A stretch of DNA of 64,000 nucleotides from Waddliaceae bacterium. Lineage in GTDB: Bacteria > Chlamydiota > Chlamydiia > Chlamydiales > Waddliaceae. The stretch lies in assembly GCA_963724325.1 (NCBI GenBank), contig CAVRUH010000007.1, positions 96,001 through 160,000 of the forward strand. The letters are read 5' to 3'. Each line of letters begins with the position of its first letter. Positions within the stretch are counted from its first letter, which is position 1. This document shows positions 1 through 10,054 of the stretch, piece by piece. Below the pieces are notes generated by a model. That model was not told the origin of the DNA and made no database searches. It saw only the letters and a program-made list of their open reading frames with translations. Both the position numbers and the translations under genes were made by a program.

Positions 1-346
1 TAATAGTGGCTGAATCGTCTGTCACTGGGAACATGCGCCCATCCTCTTCTGTTTTGAGCGATACACCCCGCGATTCAAACCAATTTACCGTGTCACGCGG
101 CTGAAAGCGTGTAAACGGACTAATGAGCTCCTTGCTACCTCGTGGATAATTTTGAGTCAATGCTCGCGCGTCGAAACAGGCATGGGTAACGTTGCATCTT
201 CCCCCTCCAGAGATACGGACCTTTACAAGCAGGTTCGCCGTTCTTTCCCAGATTTTTACTTCTGCTTCAGGATTCGCTTCCTTTGCGGACAATGCAACGA
301 AGAATCCAGCGGCACCCCCGCCAATAACATAGATTTTTTTATTCAT
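1..346 (-). CDS. HI0933/BaiN-family NAD(P)/FAD-dependent oxidoreductase (3' part outside window)
   Basis: Manual minus-strand translation [23 protein letters not shown]...[14 protein letters not shown]: Rossmann GxGxxG plus the SGGGRCNVT signature. Not in the ORF track because it runs off the edge. Confidence 0.9.
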   Translation of the reverse strand, partial: MNKKIYVIGGGAAGFFVALSAKEANPEAEVKIWERTANLLVKVRISGGGRCNVTHACFDARALTQNYPRGSKELISPFTRFQPRDTVNWFESRGVSLKTEEDGRMFPVTDDSATI

Positions 347-450
347 ATCCGGATATTGTAACAATAATCCACATTTTATGAAATCTTTAACAATTCTTAA
401 TGCGGAAACTTTAATGTAAGGATACCTTAACCAAAACCAAGGAGTTTATT

Positions 451-969
451 ATGAATCCAATAATCGGAGGGGGATTCCGTCCCGTCTATACACAACAGAT
501 TGTTGTATCAGCCAGAATAGTAGATCATATCGATGCCCCAGTAGGTACAGATATCTATGGAAATCCTACTGTGCTGTTAGGCAATATACAATATCCCCTC
601 CATTTTATAAATGGACGAAATGCAATCGCTATAAATCCACATCAAATCTTACAGGGATTAGGTTTTCAATTGAATCCTAATACTATTGCTACGGCTTATT
701 TAGTCAATGGTGTTTACTATGTGTTTATCGGTCCAGCGCCTCAACCCATAGCCCCTCGACCCGTTGTAGTGATCAATCATTTGCCTGGTCCCGGCCCGGT
801 TGTTGTTCAACGTCAATACCAAGTTGTTAATCAAGTGCCATTTCCACGGGGGTATCAAGGAGCACCCATGGACAATCCAAGGGATCGAATAGTGCAACCT
901 CAGCCTCAAATGCAAGTTGGCAGAGATCCTAATACAGGTGAGCTTAAAACTCGTATTAGAAGAAAATAA
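451..969 (+). CDS. Hypothetical Pro/Val/Gln-rich protein
   Basis: 172-aa ORF with AAGGAG RBS, followed by a terminator. Confidence 0.7.
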   Translation: MNPIIGGGFRPVYTQQIVVSARIVDHIDAPVGTDIYGNPTVLLGNIQYPLHFINGRNAIAINPHQILQGLGFQLNPNTIATAYLVNGVYYVFIGPAPQPIAPRPVVVINHLPGPGPVVVQRQYQVVNQVPFPRGYQGAPMDNPRDRIVQPQPQMQVGRDPNTGELKTRIRRK

Positions 970-1013
970 AAAAAAGGCCCAAGCTCCATATTGGAACTTG
1001 GGCCTTTTTTTTT
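968..1013. terminator. Bidirectional rho-independent terminator
   Basis: A-run, GGCCCAAGcTCCA-tat-TGGAaCTTGGGCC stem, then T-run, between convergent genes. Confidence 0.85.
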
Positions 1014-1017
1014 GTAC

Positions 1018-1167
1018 TTATCTGCCGATGAGAAGAGCTATACCGGCGATTAAAGCAATCACTCCTATAATGGCAGGAGGAATTGCAATGCTTGTAAGCG
1101 AAACTAATCCGACTAGGATTAAGTAAACTGCTGTGGCAATTATGCCAATGCTACCAGGAAATCTCAT
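1018..1167 (-). CDS. Small 49-aa two-helix membrane protein
   Basis: GGAG RBS; MRFPGSIGIIATAVYLILVGLVSLTSIAIPPAIIGVIALIAGIALLIGR; ends at the bidirectional terminator; below the ORF-track length cutoff. Confidence 0.7.
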   Translation of the reverse strand: MRFPGSIGIIATAVYLILVGLVSLTSIAIPPAIIGVIALIAGIALLIGR

Positions 1168-1316
1168 AATAACTCTCCAAATTTTATTGTTTATCTGCTA
1201 AATATTTTTTTTAAAACATACGTTCATTTATTGGCAATAAAAATTTTTATTGATTCCTTTTTTTTTTGATGGTATACCCAATCTCAACCAATTATCCAAA
1301 ATATTAGGAGGAAATC

Positions 1317-2321
1317 ATGAAAAATAAAATTTTGTGTCTGATGGTTGCAACACTGTCTATTGCACATGTAAATGCCGATAAAGATCAAAAAATGGATCAA
1401 AGAGTCGAACAAAGACCTGATCAAAGAGTCGAACAACGAGTCGAACAAAGACCTGATCAAAGAGTCGAACAACGAGTCGAACAAAGACCTGATCAAAAAA
1501 TGGATCAAAGGGTCGAACAAAGAGCTGAACAAAGATCTGAGGAAAAAATGGATCATAGACGGGAAGATGTTCAAAGAGAGGCGCCAATGATAAGGCCTCC
1601 TGAAAATAAAGTAGTCAATAGGCCTGTCACCAGAGAAATGATGACTCAAAAAAATCAAGACTGGTCAAAAAGAGGAAAAGACGTGCGCAACCACTTTAGA
1701 GATTATCGAAAAAATCACCACGTTTTTGATAAACACTATTGGGATAACTACTATCATGGTCACAACTACTGGCATTTTCATGACAATATGAACTGGTGGG
1801 CAGTCGCTACATGGCCAACTATTGGCGTTTGGTTTTCAAACAGATGGGAAAGCCCTATTTACTACTATTACGGTGACGACGGCGTTGTCTATTACAGCCC
1901 AAATGGATCCAGTTACGATCTATCACCTGTGCCGTCAAGTTCATCATTTATTGCAAAAGCAAACGCCATCCTTCGCAATATGCCAAAAATTGATCCTTCA
2001 AAGCTCGAATGGATGCCGCTAGGCATCTTTTCACTCGAGACAAATAGATCTAACGACAATCCAAATGATTACTTCACAATAGCTGTAAGTAAAGAAGGTA
2101 TAGTCGGAGGCGCCTATGTTGACCCATCTACCGATGAAGAACAGTCTCTAGAAGGCTACGTTGACCAGGATAGCCAAAGGGTCGTATGGAGAATCATCGG
2201 TCAAGATTTGCCCATCTATGAAACTGGGATCTACAATCTAACTAAAGATGAAACAACAGTATTAATTCACGAATCAAGTGGAAGACCTCAAGTAGGTACT
2301 TTGGTTAGACTGCAAGAGTAA
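1317..2321 (+). CDS. Secreted protein with 4-aa tandem repeats and a conserved PVC-type C-terminal domain
   Basis: AGGAGG RBS; signal peptide; (D/E)Q(R/K)x repeats; His/Trp/Tyr-rich segment; C-terminal WMPLGIFSL...ETGIYNLTKDE resembling Planctomycetes/Chlamydiae hypothetical proteins. Confidence 0.75.
   Translation: MKNKILCLMVATLSIAHVNADKDQKMDQRVEQRPDQRVEQRVEQRPDQRVEQRVEQRPDQKMDQRVEQRAEQRSEEKMDHRREDVQREAPMIRPPENKVVNRPVTREMMTQKNQDWSKRGKDVRNHFRDYRKNHHVFDKHYWDNYYHGHNYWHFHDNMNWWAVATWPTIGVWFSNRWESPIYYYYGDDGVVYYSPNGSSYDLSPVPSSSSFIAKANAILRNMPKIDPSKLEWMPLGIFSLETNRSNDNPNDYFTIAVSKEGIVGGAYVDPSTDEEQSLEGYVDQDSQRVVWRIIGQDLPIYETGIYNLTKDETTVLIHESSGRPQVGTLVRLQE
1383..1560 (+). repeat. Coding 12-bp tandem repeat (GATCAAAGAGTC / GAACAAAGACCT variants)
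   Basis: About 15 degenerate 12-bp units encoding DQRV/EQRP/EQRV. Confidence 0.85.
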
Positions 2322-2324
2322 AAA

Positions 2325-3614
2325 ATGGATCCTAATAAAATAGTAGGATGTCCTTCAAGCCCAACACAACCGGTGTTGGGCTTGAGCGATATTTTTCAGC
2401 GCGGTGGCCAAGCAATAAAAGCGCTAAAAAAAAGCGCTCAAATCATTAAAAATGACGAAGCGATTACAGAACTATCAATAAAGCTAACAGAAATTTGGCA
2501 GAAAATCGCTTTCTACCGAATGCAGAAAAAGCACAATCTATGTAATGATGTGTCTGAAGACTATAATGAACTCATTGCCAATACAAAACTCCATCATCGC
2601 ATAAACTCACTATTACACATTTTTACAGCTGAACCAAAGACAATACCCGATTCAATGGAATCTGTGCCGGCAATTAAATCTTGTTATGACTCAATTTTTC
2701 GATATTTGAAATATCAGGATGCAAATCCCATAGAATTTGCTGATGCAGATCCATATAATCCAGAGCTTACATACTGGGAATTGCTTCTGCAAATACGGGG
2801 TCGATGCCAAAAAATCGAAAACATCCTTGATGAACGAAAATTGACTGCAAAAATTATGCAAGAATACTTCAACCTTAAAAGACAATTAAAAAAAGCTCAA
2901 GATGAAGAGCATAATTTACTTAACGAATCTAAAATGAAAAGCAATATGATACTAGAGATCCAAAAAAAATTGAATGATGACAATGAAAATGTGGAACTCA
3001 AGCATATGCTACGAGGCGCCGAAGAAGAGGAAGATAGGCTTAGAGGACTGCTAAAACAACAAAAAGAAGGGATCTCGCTGCTCCAAAAGGAATACGAAAA
3101 TAAAATAAATGAGTTTCAACAAGTTACAAAGAAAGAAATAGAGGCCAATGAACTCCAAATGCTCGAAACACAGAAGAAACTCAGAGAGGAGAATCGAGAA
3201 CTTAGAGAGCAAAATGGTAACCTGCGTACAACAATAAAAGAACTATACACCCGTATTGACGAACTGTCAGAGGCATCAAAAAAACAGCCAATATTATCAC
3301 CTATACCAGAGCTAAAAGAAGAAATAGTCGAGGTTGTCTCAGAAAAAAAACAACCAGATCAAATTTCTGTCCTACAAGAAGAAATCAAGAGGCTCCATGA
3401 GGAAAATATCTTTTATAAAAGTGAATTCCAAGACGTTCTACAACTCCAAGAAAGAGCGCGAAATCAATTAAAAGAAAAAGATGCTCATGCCCAGCAAATC
3501 GAACAACTCAAAAAAGATACCCTAGATTTTTTTTCTACCGTCCACAATCCAGAGAATCGCGATAAATCGATCGTGGAATTCTTGATGAATGTGAAAAAAA
3601 CGCTTGAACTTTGA
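2325..3614 (+). CDS. Coiled-coil hypothetical protein; C-terminal half paralogous to 8188..9426
   Basis: Long E/K/Q/L heptad region; shared blocks EEEEDRLRG/EEEERLGG and ERARNQLKEKD/ERAQAKMLEKD. Confidence 0.75.
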   Translation: MDPNKIVGCPSSPTQPVLGLSDIFQRGGQAIKALKKSAQIIKNDEAITELSIKLTEIWQKIAFYRMQKKHNLCNDVSEDYNELIANTKLHHRINSLLHIFTAEPKTIPDSMESVPAIKSCYDSIFRYLKYQDANPIEFADADPYNPELTYWELLLQIRGRCQKIENILDERKLTAKIMQEYFNLKRQLKKAQDEEHNLLNESKMKSNMILEIQKKLNDDNENVELKHMLRGAEEEEDRLRGLLKQQKEGISLLQKEYENKINEFQQVTKKEIEANELQMLETQKKLREENRELREQNGNLRTTIKELYTRIDELSEASKKQPILSPIPELKEEIVEVVSEKKQPDQISVLQEEIKRLHEENIFYKSEFQDVLQLQERARNQLKEKDAHAQQIEQLKKDTLDFFSTVHNPENRDKSIVEFLMNVKKTLEL

Positions 3615-3663
3615 ACATCAATTCTGGTACATTCTCTATCACAAAACTACAAGGAAATGTGCT

Positions 3664-4746
3664 ATGAAATCAATTTCGCTAATTGCAGCAACCTCAATAC
3701 TACTGACTGGGTGCGCCGGTCAGCTCGGACCTTCAATGATGAAGAGAGACAGTCTTTCATATAATGAATCACTTCAAACTGCTGTGGATGAACAGCTTCT
3801 ACTGAATATTGTTAGACTAAAATACCGTGATAACCCAATATTTCTCGACGTAGGTACCGTTTCATCTGCATACGAATTCAATAGAGCTGCAATAGCAGGC
3901 TTTTCTATCGACCTGAATACCTTCGAAGGGACTAAATTCAACCCAACCGTTTCCGCCAGCTGCACCGACAAACCTACAACAGTATATCAACCCCTAAAGG
4001 GCGAAAGCCTCGTAAAGCAAATGATGTCCCCTATAACATTGCAAACAATGTATCTTCTGAATTCTTCAGGTTGGAGAATTGATAGAATTCTTCGTTGCTG
4101 CGTACAGCGTATGAACAATTTAAAAAATGCCGTGTCCGCTTCGCGTCCAACACCAAGCCTCGCACCCGATTACCAAGATTTCCTTGAAGTCACACAACTT
4201 TTTCATGAACTCGAAATCCAAGACAATATCGATATCGTAGCAGAAAGAAGCTCAACAAGCGATAAATTCGATTTCGTCATTAAAATCGACCAAAATGATT
4301 CAGATCGCCGAGTTGTAGAAAGAATCTGGACCTTGTTGGACCTTACTCCTGAGACATATGTCATCAGAATGGTGCCTTTCCATAGTCGTGAACATGTTGC
4401 AAATGAACTGTTAATAGACACCAGATCGCCTCTAAGCGTTTTATATTTCCTTTCACAAGGTGTTCATGCTCCAGAGTGTGATACATATTACGGGCTAGTA
4501 ACATTGACAAGAGACGCTGAAGGCAATGTATTTGACTGGGAGAATGTGCTTGGTGGTATTATGACCATCCATTCAAGTCCATGTGTGGAAGAAAGAACCG
4601 CAGTTAGTGTTAACTATAGAGGAACTAACTTCTTTATTAGAGACAATGACTTGACGTCTAAGTCGACCTTCTCTCTTCTCGCTCAGTTGATGGCTCTTCA
4701 GACCGGCAATCCTGTCGTTCCGATTCTAACCCTGCAGCTCAACTAA
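3664..4746 (+). CDS. Putative lipoprotein, conserved hypothetical
   Basis: ATG at 3664 with AAGGA upstream; lipobox LLTGC; LLLNIVRLKYRD.P.FLDV motif. Confidence 0.7.
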   Translation: MKSISLIAATSILLTGCAGQLGPSMMKRDSLSYNESLQTAVDEQLLLNIVRLKYRDNPIFLDVGTVSSAYEFNRAAIAGFSIDLNTFEGTKFNPTVSASCTDKPTTVYQPLKGESLVKQMMSPITLQTMYLLNSSGWRIDRILRCCVQRMNNLKNAVSASRPTPSLAPDYQDFLEVTQLFHELEIQDNIDIVAERSSTSDKFDFVIKIDQNDSDRRVVERIWTLLDLTPETYVIRMVPFHSREHVANELLIDTRSPLSVLYFLSQGVHAPECDTYYGLVTLTRDAEGNVFDWENVLGGIMTIHSSPCVEERTAVSVNYRGTNFFIRDNDLTSKSTFSLLAQLMALQTGNPVVPILTLQLN

Positions 4747-4758
4747 GTTTGATGCAGT

Positions 4759-4819
4759 CACGGCGTGGAATAAGGGATTGTAAAATTTATTTCCTTACAA
4801 TCCCTAAATCCACGCCGTG
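4759..4819. repeat. REP-like inverted repeat (25-bp arms, 2 mismatches)
   Basis: CACGGCGTGGAATAAGGGATTGTAA ... TTACAATCCCTAAATCCACGCCGTG between convergent genes. Confidence 0.8.
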
Positions 4820-4928
4820 TCCAATGTTCTTCCATACCCATCAACCTAAAATATTTTTTACCACGGAGATAGCCGAGGTAGCAAGACAGATCTCGGTGTT
4901 AATTTTTTTAGGTTGTTGGATATTTACT

Positions 4929-5228
4929 TTAAGTTGATAATATTGCAACAAGGTTGGATTGTGAATTGATAAGTTCTTGCTTTTGTTGGCGGGAGAGTTT
5001 TTTGATGGCAATTTCGCGCTTGGTAGCTGCGGAGCGATTTGGTTGTTGCTCGCGGTATACAATATCCTTTACATCAGAAAAATGAAAAAATCGCGCACCT
5101 TTTTTTCCATTCTTATGTTCATCTAAGCGACGATCTAAATCAGTTGTGATTCCAGTATAGTACTTATCAGACTTAGCCCGAATAATATACACTTCCCATG
5201 CCTTGTTTTTTATGGATAATTTTGTCAT
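4929..5228 (-). CDS. GIY-YIG nuclease family protein (UPF0213/YhbQ-like)
   Basis: VYIIRAKSDKYYTGITTDLDRRLDEH...A.KRE..IKKL. Confidence 0.9.
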   Translation of the reverse strand: MTKLSIKNKAWEVYIIRAKSDKYYTGITTDLDRRLDEHKNGKKGARFFHFSDVKDIVYREQQPNRSAATKREIAIKKLSRQQKQELINSQSNLVAILST

Positions 5229-5391
5229 TTTTTCTCAATCATATCTTTCCTAATGAATAAATAAAAGTACTTCTTAGAGTCAATTCAATCAAAATGCTAC
5301 ATATATAACAGTAATGTTATTAATTATGATTAATATATCATTGCTTTAAATTATTATATTATGATATAATTTATTTTAAAATGGTGATAAA

Positions 5392-8088
5392 TTGGATTTT
5401 AATAATGTTAGATATAATTATTCTGATGATGCTGGCGAATGGGCAAGTCCTCTCAAACCTGTTTTGAATAAGAGAGAGCGTCATTTAAATAACAGAATTT
5501 GTGCAGTAAAGAAGCTCCGGCTAGATGACGATGTACCCCACAAAATTGAAATAACAGATATTTTTATACCAAACTATGATCAATACAATTTTCACACCTT
5601 GCCTGCAGAAGGAAACTCCAAAGATGGCATGACTATTCGACATCAAATAACAGAAATAGAAAAAATGTTACACTTTATCGATAATGATGAATTAGCAAAT
5701 ACATGTCGCAAAAGAATAAAAACAATATTGCTTGAAAATTTCGATTTTGAATACAAAATATCAGAATTAAGCATGATAATATTCTATCTAGATAACGAGC
5801 AGGATATACCAGATAACAAATCGCTTCTTGCTTTCAGGGCTAATGCGTTACAAAAAGAAGTGGATTCATATATTGAAAGTCACAAAATACAAAGATTGGA
5901 TTATAGAATTCCCGACGGAGTAACTCATTATTTACTACGTGCATTTGTTCACATGGTATTAACATCTGCCCAGGTTTATAACCCAGGTGGACTCGTTGCT
6001 ATCGCAAGACTTTTGACGACAACTCATTGTCAAATCGCAAGATACTTACAGCCAGAACACGTAGACCATATTGTCACCTTAGTTCGACAAATTCTTTCAA
6101 ATTGTCTTTTTGAAAATCTATTCCAGGAACAACACACTATTCATCAGTCTCTTGAAGATATCATTAGACTAGACTTAAAGCTCCCTAAAACTCAAAAAAT
6201 TGAATCTATTCATATTATGTACGGCTGTCTCATGGCTCTTTTTACAGATGTTCGACAGAAAGACGAGCCAAATTGCTATGCAATCAGTACTCTGATTTAT
6301 GCAATTCAAAATAATGCCCACACCGTTATGAGTCAAATGCTCAAATGGCTTGCATCTGGTCATTATTCAATTGGATTTTTAAATACTATACCGATTCGTC
6401 CCCTTGTTGAGCTCCGTTTATCGAATTCTAAGGATTTTGAAATACTTGTGGACCCAATACAAACTCAGAAAGCATTAACAATACAACACATTGTAAAGGT
6501 TTTAAATTTACCACAAGTTGATAGTTTCAAAAATAAAAAAGTTTTACTACGAGAGCTTTTGAATGGAGCCGAAAAGGGTGGCTTTGAAGAACAAATGTTC
6601 TACTGTTATAAAAATAGTGGATTGGTGAATATGCAGATTGCTCTTATTGAGTTTATATATACGAATTCTGATGAAGTCAAGATTCCTCTGCGAAAGAAAA
6701 TGATTGATGCATGTATCAGAGCTATTGTAGAAGGAGGATTTGGTAGATCTGAAAATGTTATCCTTCAACGATTAGAAGTAAAATTAAGAGATCGATTGTG
6801 GTTGGAAAGCCGTAATGAAAAAGAAGTCAATTATAATCACTCTATACTTACTGTAGGATCTAAAGAAATTATGAAATTAAAAGCAAATGGTGAGAAGCGA
6901 GATGCATTTTCAGGCCTATTTAGAAATTCTCTTAGAGTATTTTCGATTAATTCTAATAAAGAATATAATCAAATTAATAGTATTTTAGAATTGAAAAAAG
7001 TGTTAGTAGAAGAAATAAATGAAACTTTTGATCAATTATGTATTTCGGAAGAGAAGTTTAAAGGAGAAAAGAAAAAAATCCTAAAGGCTGTTGATTCAGC
7101 ACGATTCATAGATTATTTAGTGAAATTTTGTGCTGCTGAAATTGGTGATGAACAAATTAAAGCAATTGATTTAAAAGTGGCAGACCTCTTCATTCTAAAA
7201 CAGCAAGGCGGTAATTCTCATGAATCTTTAAAATCGGTTTATGGAATAGATGCATGTATTCATCGAACTCATGACTGTGAAAATCCTAATCAATTTTTAA
7301 AAAGTTTATTGGATTGGTTTAAGTCGAAGGATTCGACAAAAATCTACGAGATCCCAAAAATTGCGATGCAGAGTAATGGGCACGTTTGGACTCTTACGCC
7401 AAGTCTTTGGGAGCCGCTATTGCAACAGCCTAAAAATTCATTTGATGACTTTATAAAGCATGCTATATACGACCCAGCACAGAGTAAATTAAATAAATAT
7501 GCATCTTCAAGGCTTATTGATCGTGTTATTTCTCGATATTCTAGCGATGAAATTGATATAAAAAACATGAGCTTTTATTTTTTCAACCAGCGTAAAATGA
7601 GTCTTCGGAATTTTAGAGATAGGTTGATTAGAAGGGTACCAGTAGACGACATTCTAAAGATTAAAGATATCATCGAAGATGAGTATTCGAAAATATCCAT
7701 TAATCAATGTGATTTGGATGCTATCCTGAAACAATTGAATATTAGAGTAGAGCATAATATCTTTCAAAAATTATTAAGTGCTGTCACAGATAGGGAATTA
7801 ACACCAGTATCATTGGCTAAGGAGTTGCGGCTTAAGCTGATTAAAGAAGGTATTCAAGTAGTGGATCCATTCCAACTTGAGCTATTGATCTGTAAACATA
7901 TGCAACTTCCATTACCGGTGAATATCGGTGATTTAAATTGGATGAAACATGATATACACTATCATCTTATAATAAAAATAAGTTTTGTCTATGAAGAAAT
8001 CAGATTTTTTGAACGAAGAGACACTATTGATGTTATGAGTAAAAAAGATGCACATACTCATTTTTCCATCTATCATCCAAATTTATAG
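5392..8088 (+). CDS. Large hypothetical protein with possible papain-like catalytic motifs
   Basis: 898-aa ORF; RQKDEPNCYAIS, QGGNS, GHVWTL and GDLNW motifs. Confidence 0.65.
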   Translation: MDFNNVRYNYSDDAGEWASPLKPVLNKRERHLNNRICAVKKLRLDDDVPHKIEITDIFIPNYDQYNFHTLPAEGNSKDGMTIRHQITEIEKMLHFIDNDELANTCRKRIKTILLENFDFEYKISELSMIIFYLDNEQDIPDNKSLLAFRANALQKEVDSYIESHKIQRLDYRIPDGVTHYLLRAFVHMVLTSAQVYNPGGLVAIARLLTTTHCQIARYLQPEHVDHIVTLVRQILSNCLFENLFQEQHTIHQSLEDIIRLDLKLPKTQKIESIHIMYGCLMALFTDVRQKDEPNCYAISTLIYAIQNNAHTVMSQMLKWLASGHYSIGFLNTIPIRPLVELRLSNSKDFEILVDPIQTQKALTIQHIVKVLNLPQVDSFKNKKVLLRELLNGAEKGGFEEQMFYCYKNSGLVNMQIALIEFIYTNSDEVKIPLRKKMIDACIRAIVEGGFGRSENVILQRLEVKLRDRLWLESRNEKEVNYNHSILTVGSKEIMKLKANGEKRDAFSGLFRNSLRVFSINSNKEYNQINSILELKKVLVEEINETFDQLCISEEKFKGEKKKILKAVDSARFIDYLVKFCAAEIGDEQIKAIDLKVADLFILKQQGGNSHESLKSVYGIDACIHRTHDCENPNQFLKSLLDWFKSKDSTKIYEIPKIAMQSNGHVWTLTPSLWEPLLQQPKNSFDDFIKHAIYDPAQSKLNKYASSRLIDRVISRYSSDEIDIKNMSFYFFNQRKMSLRNFRDRLIRRVPVDDILKIKDIIEDEYSKISINQCDLDAILKQLNIRVEHNIFQKLLSAVTDRELTPVSLAKELRLKLIKEGIQVVDPFQLELLICKHMQLPLPVNIGDLNWMKHDIHYHLIIKISFVYEEIRFFERRDTIDVMSKKDAHTHFSIYHPNL

Positions 8089-8187
8089 GTAATGCTGTAT
8101 TTTATCCATATTAACAAATAAAAAAAGTAGATCTTTGAATTTATTGTGTCATGTTATATAATATAGATATGCAAAGTGAGGTAAAAA

Positions 8188-9426
8188 ATGAATAAATTAG
8201 TAAGCTTTTCAAATAATTATTTAGGAATTAATACAGGTGTTGAACAAGTCAAAAAACCTAATCCAGCTTTAAATGTATTAAGGGTCGCAAGCTTTATTTT
8301 GACAGTAGGCCTTCTACCCGCATTTTGTAGTATTGTTTTGTTACTCGCTGGCCGGGTCAAACCAATCAATAAAGAATCTGCTCCAGAAGTAGTTAAAGTT
8401 ACCGAACAGGCCAGTAAAGTTTTATTTAATAGATCTAGTGAAGTTGAAAATGACTCTCAAGTCCAAAAGGACTTAGAAGAGGAGAATCAACGATTAAAAA
8501 CAGAACTGGATGTGCTAAAGCAGACTCCTTTGCCAAAGCCAGTTGCTATTCACAATGAAAAACTTCAAAAAGATCTTAATGATGCAAGAAGAGAAAATAT
8601 AGAATTAAAAGAACAAATTGAAGCATCAAAGGATGATTCTCTGCCAGATTTGGAAGTTGTTATAGATGAACAGCTTCAAAAGGACCTGAATGCTGCCAAT
8701 GAGAAAATGGAACAACTAACAGAAGAACTTCAACGATTAAAGGATAGTAATTTGCTTGAGTCGCCTGTGGCATTAGGACAACCATTGCCTAATGTTGATA
8801 ATAATGAAGAGCTTCTACGAGAATTAAAAACCGCCCAAGAAGAAGAAGAAAGGCTTGGGGGCGAAGTAAAACAGTTAAAAGAGGTAATTGGTCGACTGAA
8901 CACCAGTTTTAAAGAAGAGGCAGCGAATATGAAAGCCGAACACGCACTGTTATTAGAAAATAATAAGCATAGCCAAGATCAAGAATTGAATAAATTACGC
9001 AATGCCAATGAAAGAATGAGAACCGAAAATAGTGAAATTCAACATGAAAATAAGAATTTACATAACCAGATTGCAGATCTGGAAAGTCAGTTGAAAAGAT
9101 CGCCGAAATCCTCTCCAACTATAGTGCGAGAGCAGACTGAAATTGAGATCATGAAGGGAGATGATCAAAAATTGCAAATCAAAGACTTAAAGGAAGAAAT
9201 TGTCAAATTACGTAATGAAAATGCATCTTTGATAGCAGACGAAAAGGCTGTAGTGGCTACCCGCGAAAGAGCCCAGGCTAAGATGTTAGAAAAAGATACT
9301 AATGCTGATCAACTTGAAGAATTAAAAACTGCTTTAAATACATTTATGAACGATTACAATGCAGATAATGATCCTGGCGATCTGACACTAAAATTCATTC
9401 AAGAAATGCAAAAAAAATTGGTGTAA
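8188..9426 (+). CDS. Inc-like/T3SS-effector-like protein (N-terminal hydrophobic hairpin + coiled coil)
   Basis: LRVASFILTVGLLPAFCSIVLLLAG near the N-terminus, then a long coiled coil. Confidence 0.65.
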   Translation: MNKLVSFSNNYLGINTGVEQVKKPNPALNVLRVASFILTVGLLPAFCSIVLLLAGRVKPINKESAPEVVKVTEQASKVLFNRSSEVENDSQVQKDLEEENQRLKTELDVLKQTPLPKPVAIHNEKLQKDLNDARRENIELKEQIEASKDDSLPDLEVVIDEQLQKDLNAANEKMEQLTEELQRLKDSNLLESPVALGQPLPNVDNNEELLRELKTAQEEEERLGGEVKQLKEVIGRLNTSFKEEAANMKAEHALLLENNKHSQDQELNKLRNANERMRTENSEIQHENKNLHNQIADLESQLKRSPKSSPTIVREQTEIEIMKGDDQKLQIKDLKEEIVKLRNENASLIADEKAVVATRERAQAKMLEKDTNADQLEELKTALNTFMNDYNADNDPGDLTLKFIQEMQKKLV

Positions 9427-9454
9427 ATTTTTATAGAGTTTTACTAATTGTTAT

Positions 9455-9982
9455 TTAGGATTTTATCTTATGCAACTTGAGGCCCATAAAGATCATGGCA
9501 AGCCCAAGGAATAGGAAATAGATCCCAACATATAGCCCAAGAACCCAAAGTGAGTTATTTGGCCAGCCATTCCAAATGAGAAGACCAAGAATCACAGATA
9601 AGATACCATTCAATAGAAGACCACTCCAACGAAGTATCGACCAATATCTCAAGGCATAGACTATCCTGAGGGCCCCTTCAACAAAGAAATATATGGCAAG
9701 TAACAAAGTCAAGGTCACTGTTGCAACAATCGGGTGCAAAATAATCAGTGCTCCTGCAATAAATGTAATAATGGCTCCAATATACCCGACGAATTTCAGT
9801 GAATCCTCAGTCTTATATGTTCTGGCAAATTGAACTATCCCGCCAATCATCAAAAGTGATCCTATCAAGATTTCAATGCTGAGCGTCATGATCTGAGGCG
9901 AACCTAAGGCAAATACTCCTAATAGGAATAAAACAATTCCCTCAAATAGAAAATACTTCCAAAATGTTTGTATAGATTGCAT
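9455..9982 (-). CDS. HdeD/DUF308 family membrane protein
   Basis: Six hydrophobic helices, F.FEGIV..LLG, WP..SLWVLG. Confidence 0.85.
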   Translation of the reverse strand: MQSIQTFWKYFLFEGIVLFLLGVFALGSPQIMTLSIEILIGSLLMIGGIVQFARTYKTEDSLKFVGYIGAIITFIAGALIILHPIVATVTLTLLLAIYFFVEGALRIVYALRYWSILRWSGLLLNGILSVILGLLIWNGWPNNSLWVLGLYVGIYFLFLGLAMIFMGLKLHKIKS

Positions 9983-10054
9983 CTGACGATCTCCATTGTT
10001 TGTTTACCAAATTTAAGATGTATCAGATTTCTGTAATTTTCTCAAATAAAAATT

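Noticed and set aside
1383..1560. Short repeats as a CRISPR array
   Set aside because: Contiguous 12-bp in-frame coding units with no unique spacers; no cas genes in the window
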